NCBI RefSeq assembly: GCF_006345805.1
Contig: NC_042998.1
Coordinates: forward strand, 149,792,001-149,856,000
From: Octopus sinensis
Taxonomy: Eukaryota
Reading direction: 5' to 3'
DNA length: 64,000 nucleotides
How positions within the stretch are numbered: the stretch's first letter is position 1; every line of letters starts with the position of its first letter. Positions 27,160 through 39,976 of the stretch are shown here, piece by piece. The position numbers and the translations under genes were made by a program. Under the pieces are notes generated by a model, which was not told the DNA's origin, made no database searches, and was given only the letters and a program-made list of their open reading frames with translations.

Positions 27160-27398
27160 TGTGTGTGTGCGTGCGTGCGTGTGTGTGTGTGTGTGTGTGT
27201 TTGTGTACACATATCTATGACTGTAAACACCAACATATATAGGGTGAGCCAAGAGTCATGCACAAAATAAGTTCTACACACTCCAGAGTTGTCAAAAACA
27301 TCATCTTCAATGTTTATTTTTAATTTAATTAAATAAATAAAATAATGATGAATACCTGTACATGATGAACAAAATGATTAATAATAATAATGATGATG

Positions 27399-27429
<31 letters not shown>

Positions 27430-27476
27430 TGATGATGATGATGATGATGATGATAATGATGATGATGATGATGATG

Positions 27477-27507
<31 letters not shown>

Positions 27508-27508
<1 letters not shown>

Positions 27509-28119
27509 TCACAGACATGACATGACAGAGTTGGAACCTACATACATTGGAAGCTATGCCAACATTATGGAATAACAACAGAAAAAAGATGGTATAGGCA
27601 CACACCAGAAAAGGTCACAGAAAACGAGAAAGCAACCATACTCTGGGATATGCCGATACACACAGATAGAGAAATTAAGGCCAACAGACCAGATATAGTT
27701 GTCAGAGATCATGAAGAAAAAAAATGCTTTCTAATTGATGTATCAATACCGGCAGATGACAACGTGTCTCTAAAAGAAATGGAGAAACTCTCAAAATACA
27801 AAGACCTGGAAATAGAGGTAACTAGAATGTGGAACCTGAAAACAGAAACAATTCCTATCATAGTAAGTGCATTAGGCATGATAAAAAAATATTCAGACAA
27901 ATACATAACAAAAACACCAGGACTTATAAACACATATAACATACAGAAAATTGCACTACTAGGCACTGCACACATCCTACGCAGAACACTTTCCATACAA
28001 TAACCATCAGAGCATCACAACAAATCACAGCACATACCCAAGGCACACAGAGCTGCGCTCGGTAGTGAATTGAAAGCAATCTATAAAAAATAAAACTACT
28101 GAATAATAATAATAATAAA
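27508..28119 (+). mobile_element. 5'-truncated R4/Dong-like LINE #1 (RLE domain, 3' UTR, (TAA)n tail)
   Basis: ILWDMPIHTDREIKANRPDIVVRD..CFLIDVSIP..EKLSKYKDL..LGTAHILRRTLSIQ (ORF 27650-28003). Confidence 0.92.
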
Positions 28120-29530
28120 TGCACGTAACAAGGTGTTAGCTATAAATTCCTTAGCAGTTCCAGTTGTTACTTATAGCTACAATGTGTTGAACTGGAATAT
28201 GAGTGAAGTAAAGAATATAGATAAGAAAATACGCAAGCTGCTGAGTTGTAATAGGATGCACCACCCAAAGGCAGACGTAGATCGCATTTACCTTCCCAGA
28301 GCCCAAGGAGGTCGAGGTCTGATCCAGTTTGAACTAGCTTACAAAACAACCACAATTGGACTGGCCAAATATCTTGAAATAACGAATGACTGGATGCTAA
28401 AGCTCGTGGAACATCACAAGAGACGAAAGAAGCTTCATTCTATCATAAAGGAAAGCAAAAAAATTTGCTATTGATCTCGTGCAGGATACCCAAACTGAAC
28501 AACCCGAGGGAAGTATGGCAACTATTGTTGCAAAGAAGGTGAAAATAATGGCAACGAAAAAAGCGCACGAGCAATTGGCGGATAGGTGGGAGGAGAAACC
28601 TCTGCACGGCAAATATGTGGCCCGCAGCAAACAAACTGATGTTGACCAGAAGCAAACCCATCAGTGGCTACGGAGCTCAGGGCTAAAAGCAGAGAGCGAA
28701 GGTTTCATCCTGGCTGCTCAAGATCAAAGCCTATTAACCCGGAACTACCAGGCCAATGTCATGAAAAATGGAGCAGACCCAAAATGCCGATTCTGCAACG
28801 ACATGATTGAAACAGTGGACCACCTAATCTCTGGATGTAAAGTCTTAGCACCAGTGGAGTATAAATTAAGACATGACAGAGTTGGCCAATATCTCCACTG
28901 GCTAATAAATCGGCATTAATATATCAAAACTGCCGACAAGTGGTATAATCACCACCCTGAGGCTGTAACTGAAGGAGAAAATGTAACCATTCTGTGGGAC
29001 TTTCCAGTACATACAGACCGAACCATCAAGGCCAATAAACCAGATATTGTTGTGAAAGACCAAAACAATAAAGTTTGCTTATTGATCGACATGAGCATCC
29101 CCTGTGATCATAATATCTCAGCGAAAGAGTTTGACAAGCTCAGAAAATATAAAGACCTACTCATTGAAATTGAGAAAATGTGGCATCTCAAGGTGGTTAC
29201 AATACCAGTGATCGTAGGAGCACTAGGAATGATCAAGAAGGGAACCGAAAATTATATGAGAATGATCCCTGGCTTACCATCCCTGCAAGAAGTGCAAAAG
29301 ATTGTCTTAACTGGTACATCACACGTATTGAGAAGAGCATTGTCGATGTGAGAATTATTACTACCCATGTATTTTTATTTAACTTAAAAAAAAAATGAAC
29401 GAACTATTGAGTTTAGTTTAATGGCCTACCAATGTATACTATGAGTTTCTTTGCCCTAGGAGTCGGGAAGATAACCCGGCAAGAAATGGAAGCAAATTTG
29501 AAAGAAGAAAAAAAAAGTAATAATAATAAT
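28120..29530 (+). mobile_element. 5'-truncated R4/Dong-like LINE #2 (post-RT region, CCHC, RLE), frameshifted
   Basis: RIYLPRAQGGRGL, KPLHGKY, AAQDQSL, CRFC..ETVDHLISGC, RHDRV, ANKPDIVV, KYKDL; one frameshift and one in-frame stop; ends in (TAA)n. Confidence 0.92.
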
Positions 29531-29679
29531 GATGATAATAATAATAATAATAATAAGAAGAAGAAGAAGAGAAGAAGAAGAAGAAGAGAAGAAGAAGAAG
29601 AAGAAGAAGAAGAAGAAGAGAAGAAGAAGAAGAAGAAGAAGAACAACAACAACAACAACAACAACAACAATAATCATAA

Positions 29680-29812
29680 TGGTTTCAGATTCTGGCACAA
29701 AGGCATGATGGAGTTCATGGGCCAGTGCTCATCTCGTACGTATTTTCTCGACCCTGGAAAGGGTGAACGGTAAAGTCGACCTTGGCGGAATTTTGAACTC
29801 AGAGCGGATAAA
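29680..29812 (-). mobile_element. SINE family B (Nin-type) fragment
   Basis: CTCGACCCTGGAAAGGGTGAACGGTAAAGTCGACCTTGGCGGAATTTTGAACTCAGA is the reverse complement of the B-box/Nin region. Confidence 0.75.
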
Positions 29813-30039
29813 TTACCAATAAGTATTTTGACTGAAGTAAAGAAAAGTCTCCAGTATTTTGGTGCGTGACTTTTGGCCCACTCTGTATATATATATATAA
29901 AAACTGTACTGAGAGAAGAAGAAGAAGAAACGAAACGAAACGAAACGGAACGAATCGAATCGAATCGACGCGAAGGCGCTCAGTCATACAATAGTGTAAT
30001 AAATAAAATATATGCATACATACATACATATATTTCTTG

Positions 30040-30460
30040 CACTCCTTGAATCTCTCCTCGTCTAGGCAAAAAAAGGCCCTCTTTCGTTGTTTTCTTGTGT
30101 GTTTTTATTTCTTGAATTGTATTTTTATTTTGTATTTTATTTTGTATTTTATTTTGTAATTTTATTTGTATTGTTTTTACTTCCTGTTTGTGTCACATTT
30201 TATTCTTTCCTTGTTTTTACCCTCCTGCGAAGTAATTTCCTTTAATTTCTTCGCAGGAAGGGCTAGTTCGACGAGACGTGTTCTGTCCTCACCTTCGAAA
30301 CACGCTGGAGTTGAACTAGGGACAGCTGATGAAGGGGATTTTTCCTTGTGTAGTTTGTTTAGTACTCTGTTTTTTCTTTGTAAAAAAAGGTTCGTTCCAA
30401 GCTTGTTATTACGTTTTCGTTCTCGTTGAGTTCTGCGTCTATTTGTGGTGTCCTGTACTC
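30040..30460 (+). repeat. Structured T-rich repeat (family E), possibly PLE-LTR-derived
   Basis: Homologous to 63330-63850; hairpin CCTGCGAAG/CTTCGCAGG at 30224-30257, then CCTTC-GAAAC...CTGATGA-AGGG. Confidence 0.6.
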
Positions 30461-30581
30461 ACGTATATATATTTATATATGCATGTATATATACATGTAG
30501 ATGTAGGTACGTATATGTATGTATGTATGTATGTATGTATGCATATATTTTTATTTATTACATTATTTATTTTATTTATTA

Positions 30582-30617
<36 letters not shown>

Positions 30618-30619
30618 TT

Positions 30620-30819
30620 TTATTGTTTTATTTGCTTCAGTCATTTGACCGCAGCCATGCTGGAGCACCGCCTTTAGTCGAGCAAATCGATCCCAGGACT
30701 TATTCTTTAAAGCCTAGTGCTTATTCTATCGGTCTCTCTTGCCGAACAGGGGATGTAAACACACCAGCATCGATTTTCAAGAGATATCGGGGGGACAAAC
30801 AGACACACAAACATACATG

Positions 30820-30855
<36 letters not shown>

Positions 30856-30969
30856 CGACGGGCTTCTTTCAGTTTCCGTCTACCAAATCCACTCACATGG
30901 CTTTGGTCGGCCCGCGGCTATAGTAGAAGACGCTTGCCCATGTGGTTGGTAAGCAAGCTACTTACCACA
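30620..30969 (-). mobile_element. SINE family A, near full length
   Basis: Tail TTCAGTCATTTGACCGCAGCCATGCTGGAGCACCGCC to head ATGTGGTTGGTAAGCAAGCTACTTACCACA, with an internal deletion. Confidence 0.88.
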
Positions 30970-31424
30970 TAAAGCATATTAAGAGTTAAAGAAGGAGCGA
31001 TAGAGAGAGAGAAATAAAAAAAATCGACCTTGTGTTTCTGAGTAACCACTGTCGCCATATTGGAGATAAATAACAATGACTTGGCATTAATTTCGGCGAC
31101 ATTGATGGAGTTAAGTACACAGAACGCTTAGCCCAGCAACCATTTTGGCTCATTTTATTTATTTATTATTGCTTTTTTTCTATTTATTTACTCCTGCATT
31201 CACTATAGATTGAAAACTGGTCAATTGCCAAATACCATGAGAAATTGTCAGTGGTGATGATGGTGGCGTTAGTGGTGGTGGTGGGTGAAGTGTAGTTGTT
31301 GCTATTGTCAATGTCGTTTCGTATATTCTTTCAGTTCTGTAATTTTTGTTTTATTTTATTATATATATTTTTTATTTTTGATTTCCTTTTTAATATTAAT
31401 ATAATATTGTTTTCAGATGAGAAA

Positions 31425-31469
<45 letters not shown>

Positions 31470-31686
31470 CTAATAGGCAACTCTTTTCAGTTTGCGCGCA
31501 CGCGCGTGCACACACACACACATACACACACACACTCACACTTATGTATGTATATGTACAATGTGTATTTATACGTTACAACCACATACATGCATACACT
31601 CATGTACATTTTAATATGTCTGTCTATCAATCTATTTATCAACATTTATATGTACAGGCACACACACGCACACACATATACATACA

Positions 31687-31718
<32 letters not shown>

Positions 31719-32104
31719 CACTCATACACAAATATGGAGTGCATAACAGAAAGGTAATCAAGCACCGAACAATAACTGCCATAGATTTCAATGATAAGGG
31801 GAGATAATCACAAGCTATGAGCATTTCTCCGGAATTAACCAGTCATATTTCTAGAAACAACAAAACATCAGTTTATGTACAAGTCTCTATCTCTATGTCT
31901 AACTGTTCATATTCAAATTATGGCAACGCTGTGCTGATGACGCTCAATGAGGTATAAACATACATATACACTGAGGTGTACATCAGGTGTTTCTACTTTA
32001 TCTCCCCTTAACTCCAGAAATTGGCATATTAATTCCGGAGAATTGTTGATTGCATGAGATTAACTTCCCGCTTCATTTACATCACTTACAATTGCCGTCA
32101 GGTG

Positions 32105-32516
32105 GCTTTTTCTTGAAGCAGAAATAATTTCCATTGATCAAGACTATATCGCGTGTAGGCTTTAGAAGATTTTTGTCACCAAACTGACGCCAAAGACAGC
32201 CCTGCTTTGTTTCATTTAACTTAGTTTTATCTTATATACATATTCTTCATCTGTAACTGCTTGGGTTTCAAGAGTCCACGCCTATTCAACATTCTGCCAG
32301 ACGGACTCAGGAATTTGCGTGTTGTAGATGTGGAGGTCTTCAAAAAATGTCTGGACAAATTTTTATCTGAAATACCAGATAAACCCACTTCGTAGCAGGA
32401 AACACAATGAGGAGCTCCGTCCTCACTAAAAGCAATACAGGAAAGAAACCCAATAACGCCGAAAGGAGATGCCCCAGTATAGCATGCCGAAGCTTGTAAA
32501 AGATAAAAACTAAAAT
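32105..32516 (+). mobile_element. 3' end of a CR1/L2-group LINE
   Basis: NCLGFKSPRLFNILPDGLRNL..VFKKCLDKFLSEIPDKP, then a 3' tail resembling the SINE A tail. Confidence 0.7.
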
Positions 32517-33415
32517 ATACATGTGTATATCTATAATAAATGCCAAAATGAATTGCTGTGTGTCAGAGTGTCAAACTTTGACTCACTCTCTCCCTATTCA
32601 ATGACACTTCTTCTACTCCTCTTGCTGGGGTGAGAGTAATAGTAAGCACAGAGACGATGAGGGCGGTAGTAGATTGACAGCTGAGATGGTAATGGGGTGA
32701 TAGAAATAGTATGAGCTGTAGTTGTGATAGAGGAGGAGTCGACAATGATGATGATGGAGGTGGTGGTGGCGGCGGCGGCGACGACGGCGGTGGTGGTGGT
32801 GGTTGTAGCTGAGGCGGTAAGCATAACACTGATAGTAAGGGATGTGAAAGCCAGTGGTGATGGTGGAGAAGGGGGCGGCGAAGTCAAAGGTACTGATGGT
32901 GGTGGCAGCAGAAGTCTGAATAGTGTGTGTACGACAGATGTGGTGGTGATGGTTGTGGTACGTGTGATGGTGATGGTTGAAAACAATCGACAAAAAGAGA
33001 GAGAAAGAAAGAGGTTAGACAGAAAAAAAGTGTATTAACCCCCGAATGGGAAGACAAAAAAATGTAGTTTTTCATGAAGCTTTGCAATAAGTTCCAAGTC
33101 GACATATTATTATAATCATTGTTGTGACGAAAACTGTTCATTGCTTGAAAAATATTGGGCAAGTTTAATAAAATTTGATATGGACTCAATGTATGAAGTG
33201 TCATTATTGGGCTCAAGGCCCAATGAAGAGTCCTCCACAGGAGCTAGTACATACATACATACATAAATACATACATACATACATACATACATACATACAT
33301 ACATACATACATACATACATACATACATGCATATGTACATACATACCATCTTACATTCTAACATTCAGACACATACACACATACATATGTGTGTACGCTC
33401 GGGAAGTGAAAAAGT

Positions 33416-33451
33416 CTTTAACGTTTCGAGCCTACGCTCTTCCACAGAAAG
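33416..33451 (-). ncRNA. Minimal HHR-like motif, A6U variant
   Basis: cttt CUGUGGA a gagc[guag]gcuc GAAA C GUU^ aaag. Confidence 0.6.
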
Positions 33452-33633
33452 GAACACAGAAAGAAACAAGGAGAGAAAATAAAGAATGTGTAGTGGCTAG
33501 CGATCTATCATGGCGATATATATCTAGTGAGATCGAATGATCGAACATAAATAACGATAACAAAACAACAAAAGGACGTGCACATGGAATGTGTTAGTTT
33601 GACGTTCGGTAAAGGTGGAAAAATAAGAGAGTA

Positions 33634-33667
33634 TTTAATGTTTCGAGCATAGCTCTTCGTCATAAAG
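33634..33667 (-). ncRNA. Degenerate minimal HHR-like motif
   Basis: cttt AUGACGA a gagc[uau]gcuc GAAA C AUU aaa; C3 and G16.2 are changed. Confidence 0.5.
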
Positions 33668-34049
33668 GAAAACGGAGAAGTCCACAGAATGAAAAGTATT
33701 ACCAACAACACGTATGTGATTATAGACCACACATATGCAGATAGATTGTTAGATAGAAAGAAAGATAGATAGATAGAAATATTGATAGATAGATAGATAG
33801 ATAGGTATTATGTAGGTAGGTAGATAGGTTGGTGGGTGGGTAGGTAGATAGGTAGGTAGTTAGGTAGGTAGGTAGGTATATATAAAAGTGTGTGTCTGTG
33901 AGTATTTGTGTGGGTGGCAAAGGTGTCTAATTATATTTTTTGTTATTTCATATATTTCAAAATTAAAATATATTTATTTCTCTTTTTAGTATCCATTTTT
34001 TATATTTTTATTTAATGAATTATTTATTTATCGATTTAGCAACATCGTC

Positions 34050-34210
34050 ACTTTAGGTATCGTCGTCATCCGCCTGCTCCTTCCCTCTCGTTTCTCCTCG
34101 CCATCATCATAGCTGTCGCTTTCACCACCGTCGTCCTCGTCGTTATCATCATCATCATCATCATCTTCAAAGTTATCATCATTTTTCGTCGACGTCACTT
34201 TCTTCTTCTT

Positions 34211-34297
<87 letters not shown>

Positions 34298-34500
34298 GTT
34301 GTTGTTGTTGTTATTATTATTATTTATTATTATTATTATATATTATTATTATTATTATTATTATTATTATCATCAATTCAATTATGTATATACTTCGCGT
34401 GGTGTGGGAATGTAGGTGTGCTGCCGAATTGTTCGCCATTTCTATAATTCGTTTTATTTCTACATTCATATGTGTATTCTTTTATTCCTATATGCCCTTA

Positions 34501-34553
<53 letters not shown>

Positions 34554-35011
34554 GTTGTTGTTGTTGTTGTTATTATTATTATACTTGTTTATTATTGTTT
34601 TGATATTGATTTTTTCGTTTTTTCCCCCGTTTATTAATTATTATTTCATTATCATTATATTTTTATTATTGCCATCTTTATTATTGCAATCTTTATTATC
34701 ACCACCACAACCAACAACGACCCCACCACCGACACCTCCATCACCACCACCACAAACACTGCCATCACCACCACCGTCGCCGCTGCCACCACCACCACCA
34801 CCACACCACCACCACCAACACCACCACCATCTTCATCATCATCATCATCATAGTCATGACCACGATCATTTTTAATGTGATTATATTTTTATTACTATTA
34901 TTGTTAATGTTGTTATTATTGTTATTGATGTTGGTCTTTCTATTTTATTAGGGCTTTATCATTTTAATATTTATGATTTCCATTTACTATTATTATTATT
35001 ATTATTATTAC

Positions 35012-35047
<36 letters not shown>

Positions 35048-35069
35048 CATTATTATTATTATTATTATC

Positions 35070-35101
<32 letters not shown>

Positions 35102-35805
35102 GTTCATTCATTCCAACGTTCGCTTCTCCATATTTTCTTCCGTTTTTTCAAATTTTTTACATTTTCCGTCTTGATAATTTTCTTTTCTTCTTTCTTCCTT
35201 TCCTTCTCTCGTGTTGATTTTCTTTATTACCATCTTTCTCATATTTTATACATACGTTTCTACAATTATTCCATTATTGAATCATTCTCGTGCCTCCCCA
35301 TCACCAATACCACAACCACTACCATCACCACCACCAGCGCCACTGCCATCATCTCCACAACCACCACTACTACGACAACCATCACTCCATCGCCACCATT
35401 TACAGACACGTTCTCTTTAAACAACTACCATCCCGATCTCAACACATCCCGTACCATGTCTATCTTTTCCACCGTTTTCATGACCAGCATTGGCATCACC
35501 CCCCATTCCATTACCACTACCGTCACTACCATTGCGACAACCAATAACAACAACACACAACCTTCATGATCACCACCAACACCAACACCACCACCACCAA
35601 CAGCACTAACATTACAATAAACTGATCCTACTTTCACTACTACTCTGCCACCACCATTATCAATTCACCACTCTCAGTACCACAATTACCACTACTACTA
35701 TTACCACTGCTACCACCACCAGCAGCAACACTGTAACTGCCACCTTTCTTTACTATCACTACCAGCTAACACTATCACTACCACAACCAACAACAACAAA
35801 AGCAT

Positions 35806-35839
<34 letters not shown>

Positions 35840-36150
35840 GCTATTGCTGCTACTACTACTACGACTACTAGTACTACTATTACTGACATGGCCAACACCA
35901 CCATCTTTTATTAGAAGCACTGTTACTCCCACCTACCCCTACATAGTCCTACATACCACTATACCACTATTACCATTCTTTCCGTTCACTGTACCACCAC
36001 CATCAAAACCATCACCACCTCCAATATCACTGACACCCCTCTTAGTAGCAGTACTGCTATCACCACCACAACCACCACCACCATCACCATTATCATCAGC
36101 ATCACTGTTACCCACCACCACCACCACAACTATCATAACAATCATAAAAC
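34050..36150. repeat. Trinucleotide mosaic tract (CAT, CTT, ATT, CAC, TAC)
   Basis: Direct reading. Confidence 0.9.
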
Positions 36151-36489
36151 ATTTCGATGAAATATGAATGAAACAATTTGGAGCCGAGTTTAAAAATGTG
36201 AGAATAAATGTTTGAGAGTGAAAGATAGACAGGGAGAATGGGAGGGGAGAGAAGGAAATACGAAAGAGAAAGAAAGTCTACGTATGTGTGTGTATATATG
36301 TGTGTGTTAGGTTGTCGATTATAAAACTTGCTTTATTACTGCATTTCTTAAGGACAGCCACAGAACATATGAAATCTTGATGCATACAACCACGCACACA
36401 TATGACCATATGGATATACATATACACATACGTATAACTCCATGCATAAATTAACACACATACACACATATATATGTATGTATATATAT

Positions 36490-37254
36490 AGATAAATAAA
36501 TGGAGTTAAACGCAGGTGTTATTCAAATTCTTTTACTTTCGACATATGTTTCGAAGACAATATTGGTATTATTCCAGAAGGAATAAATTGGTGCAAAACA
36601 ATGCAATCTTCTCATCAGGGAATGAAAGAAACCAAGCACATCAATAAGACATTTTAACAGAAAGTGATGACTGCGTATACGATGAAGGCAACGCTATCAA
36701 GTTTTTTTTAACGGTTATTAGATACAACACAGAGCTATTTTATAAAAAGAGAAGGAGGAGAAAGAAAGAAATTAGCAGAAAACTAATAGTAGAGAGATAT
36801 AGAGCTGAATTAGAATAAAGCTTAAAGGCATGAACGTAGATATATTTAGTGGAAGTGAAATGTAAGAAGACAGTCAAAGGTCGAATTTTATAGAATGGTA
36901 GAAATCACTCATAGGAACTAAAGGTATGTTTCTGCCAATATTTGCAACGATAAACGCGTTATATAAACTTGTTTACAAGGGGATTCCTGAGAACAGGATA
37001 AAGTACATTTCACTGTTACAAAGCGAACCAAAAGATTTACACGGAAAACATATAAAGAGAATATTCCATTCCAAATTAAATTGTGTATTAACATCTTTTA
37101 GATGCCAGATTAATTTACTAAGCCCAGTATTGTTACGTTTTTTGATAAGCCTAAATGTAGAGTAATGATTAGATACTCTTTTGGACAACTGAGATGAAGA
37201 ACTACCTATATAAAAAAGACGTCAGAACCGGAAGTAATTTTACACTGATGTGTG

Positions 37255-37255
<1 letters not shown>
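36490..37255 (-). mobile_element. 5'-truncated Penelope-like element (GIY-YIG C-terminus and 3' pLTR), decayed
   Basis: YIGSSSSQLSKRVSNHYSTFRLIKKRNNTGLSKLIWHLKD..LEWNIL..CNSEMYFIL; HHR downstream; (TA)n at both ends. Confidence 0.8.
36537..36622 (-). ncRNA. Type I hammerhead ribozyme motif, canonical core
   Basis: uucc CUGAUGA gaagau..gucuuc GAAA CAUAUG UC^ gaaa; 6-bp stem II, palindromic ACATATGT; one mismatch in stem I. Confidence 0.78.
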
Positions 37256-37300
<45 letters not shown>

Positions 37301-37637
37301 GATTATTTTTAACGATGGAGATCGAAAGAGATAAAGCTATATATAACGTTTAGGATACTCGGTTAAAAACTTCTTGAATGGAAATACTTTAAAACTGCCG
37401 GTAAGTCATGAAACCACATCTGTAAGCTTGACAGTTGTTGTAACCATTTCACCAAAGGAACCCTTCGAATGTTCTTACCAACGAGAGCTCTAATATGTTT
37501 ACGTTATAAAAATCTAGAAGCTTTAAAAGTTCCATTTGCCTTAAACTTTATTCCTATTCTAGGTGGGTCGCAAAGGTGGATCAGTTTGAAACTCTTACCT
37601 AAACCGTCTTTGCACTTCAACTTTTTTTAACTTTCAG

Positions 37638-37699
37638 TAGAACCGCAGGACAATTTTCCTTTGTTCAAAAGCTCAGTCAGGTCCTCTTCATTATGTTTG
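37638..37699 (+). CDS. Candidate 62-nt exon of an unidentified gene
   Basis: Acceptor CAACTTTTTTTAACTTTCAG, donor TTG/GTAGGT; two open frames (EPQDNFPLFKSSVRSSSLCL or RTAGQFSFVQKLSQVLFIMF). Confidence 0.2.
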
Positions 37700-37779
37700 G
37701 TAGGTTAGATTTAAAAATAAATGAAACTTAAGTGAGTTACCAGTTGTTAGAGTATCTTCTTTTGGCAAATATACATACA

Positions 37780-37827
<48 letters not shown>

Positions 37828-39124
37828 TGTGTGTGTGCATGTGTGTGTGTGTGTGTGTGTGCATGTGTGTGTGTGTGTGTGTGTGATGTTTACTCGGATG
37901 TTAAAATCAATTTTTGATAGATTGTTACCTACAAAAAATCTTATAAGGAAAACCCAAAGTATTTTATTGTGGGAGATAAAGTTCATTTCAAAATATATAA
38001 AAATGGAAGACAAGGTTGAGAGGACATTATAGTGACGAAAAGAATAGGCAATACAATTTACATAATAAAAGGTCAAATAGGAGAGCACAAACCACATATC
38101 AACCAGTTGAAGACTAGACATGCCGAAGAAAGAGAAGAAAGACCGATGGAAGTTTGTTACTTGTTCCATGTTTCAATGCCAAAAGAGATTGAACCTAGGC
38201 GGATCAGCAATATAAAACGTAAGTAAACAGAACGACTAGAAATAGTCCCTAAGTGAAAGAAATATAAAAAATGTTTAGGAAATTAAAATCTCAAAAAAGG
38301 GAGAGGTAATAAAGAAAAAATATAGAATAAAATTAAATAAGCAAGTGCACTTCCTACCGAAGTCGAATCTCAAAAGGGGAGATGTTATGGCGAGAATCAT
38401 GACATCCCCTGTAAGAATGGACTAGCGAAATTCGTATAAGTAACAGAGTGTTTTACTGAGAGCGAGAGATGAGAAATCGCAGGAAGTCGAGAGGTGTCGT
38501 TCCTGAGTTCATGGAGTCGCAGGACATTGTTGAGAAGTTGTTATAGTTCGTTGAAAGTTGTCTTGGATTGATTACAGTTGTTTGCAGAGTATTTGGGAAT
38601 ACATTACGTGGAGACAGTTGGTGCCTACCCCGTTCCGTGGTTCTATATATCACTGTATTAGTGCACGACACTAAGGTAACAAATACAGAAGTCCCGATAC
38701 AAAACATACACATAATGGCATATACATGCTTAAACACACATACAGACACAGACACACACAAGCACGCACGCACACACACACACAAGCACGCACGCGCACA
38801 CACACACATACGCACGCACGCACATACGCACATACACACATGCACACACACGCATTGTAATTCAGTGGATAAATATAGTCCAGGTGATCGTTTCATCAGG
38901 AATCTGGCAAGCGCACTGTTCCAATAATCGAAGGAAAATCAGTTATATTCATGTTAAAAGAATCCCTTCGCGAATCCAACGTACATCCAGTAAGCATGTT
39001 ATAATCCTCACAGATTGGATAATAATCGATTTGAGGAAAAGATAAGTCAGATCGATGCACATCGATTTGGCTTCCCCTTTCCTCATTTGAATCGATTATA
39101 CTATCACACACACACACCACACAC

Positions 39125-39280
39125 ACACAAAGTTGCTTAAGAAGTTCATCACGCAATCGTGGCGTCTCGGGTTTCGATCGCAAGCCCTCGTTCACATACA
39201 CTGATAATTTGGATAAGTACTTTTTACCAAAGCCTTATGAGTGTAACTCGGCGGACAGAAACTGTGAGAAAGCCTGTCTG
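39125..39280 (+). mobile_element. SINE family A, 5' half, strongly diverged
   Basis: TTAAGAAGTTC..CGGGTTTCGATC..ACCAAAGCCTTATGAGTG..GACAGAAACTGTGAGAAAGCCTGTC. Confidence 0.55.
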
Positions 39281-39596
39281 ATGTATTATATCTATAGTTT
39301 AGAAGTTTACTCACGTGGAACTCTGTGTCATACTGATACTATTTATCGATCACATTAAGGCACTGCGAGTTTGAAGAATACTCTGCTACTTTTATACTCT
39401 TTCAATGGGAAGATCGAAGTCCAGTATGATCGAACAATTGAATCTTCCTCGTCGAAAGTAACTGAGATCCATTTCTTTATACATACAGTGTAGATTAAAA
39501 TCTATAGAATTCTTATGAAGTATTATACAGTTTGGAACAGTAATTTATACGGGTTTGTGTTGTGTGTGTGTGTATGTATATATGTATGTATGCATG

Positions 39597-39669
<73 letters not shown>

Positions 39670-39770
39670 AATAATAATAAATAGACATAATATAATGTCT
39701 ATAAGTTGATGAATACCACCTCTTGAACCCCTCCATTTTCTTCTTGCTGTATATTATGTATGTATGTATG

Positions 39771-39876
<106 letters not shown>

Positions 39877-39927
39877 GTATGTATGTATATATACATATTT
39901 ATATTATATATATAATATATATATGTA

Positions 39928-39976
<49 letters not shown>

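Larger units (their letters stand above)
27240..29885. mobile_element. Tc1/mariner-type MITE ends enclosing nested insertions
   Basis: TA-TAGGGTGAGCCAAGAGTCATGCACAAAATA (27240-69) versus TATTTTGGTGCGTGACTTTTGGCCCACTCTG-TA (29855-85). Confidence 0.55.
33390..33720 (-). mobile_element. Two diverged units of an HHR-bearing short repeat (family F) in tandem
   Basis: Both units are homologous to 44920-45050. Confidence 0.7.

Noticed and set aside
29925-29980. (GAAAC)n(GAATC)n run and other short periodic repeats as a CRISPR or telomeric array
   Set aside because: Simple pentanucleotide microsatellite with no spacers; no TTAGGG arrays seen
31931-31970. CTGATGA followed by a ctc/gag hairpin
   Set aside because: No GAAA or helix III in register
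38885-38905. CCTGATGAAACGATC on the minus strand
   Set aside because: No stem II or stem I; could be chance
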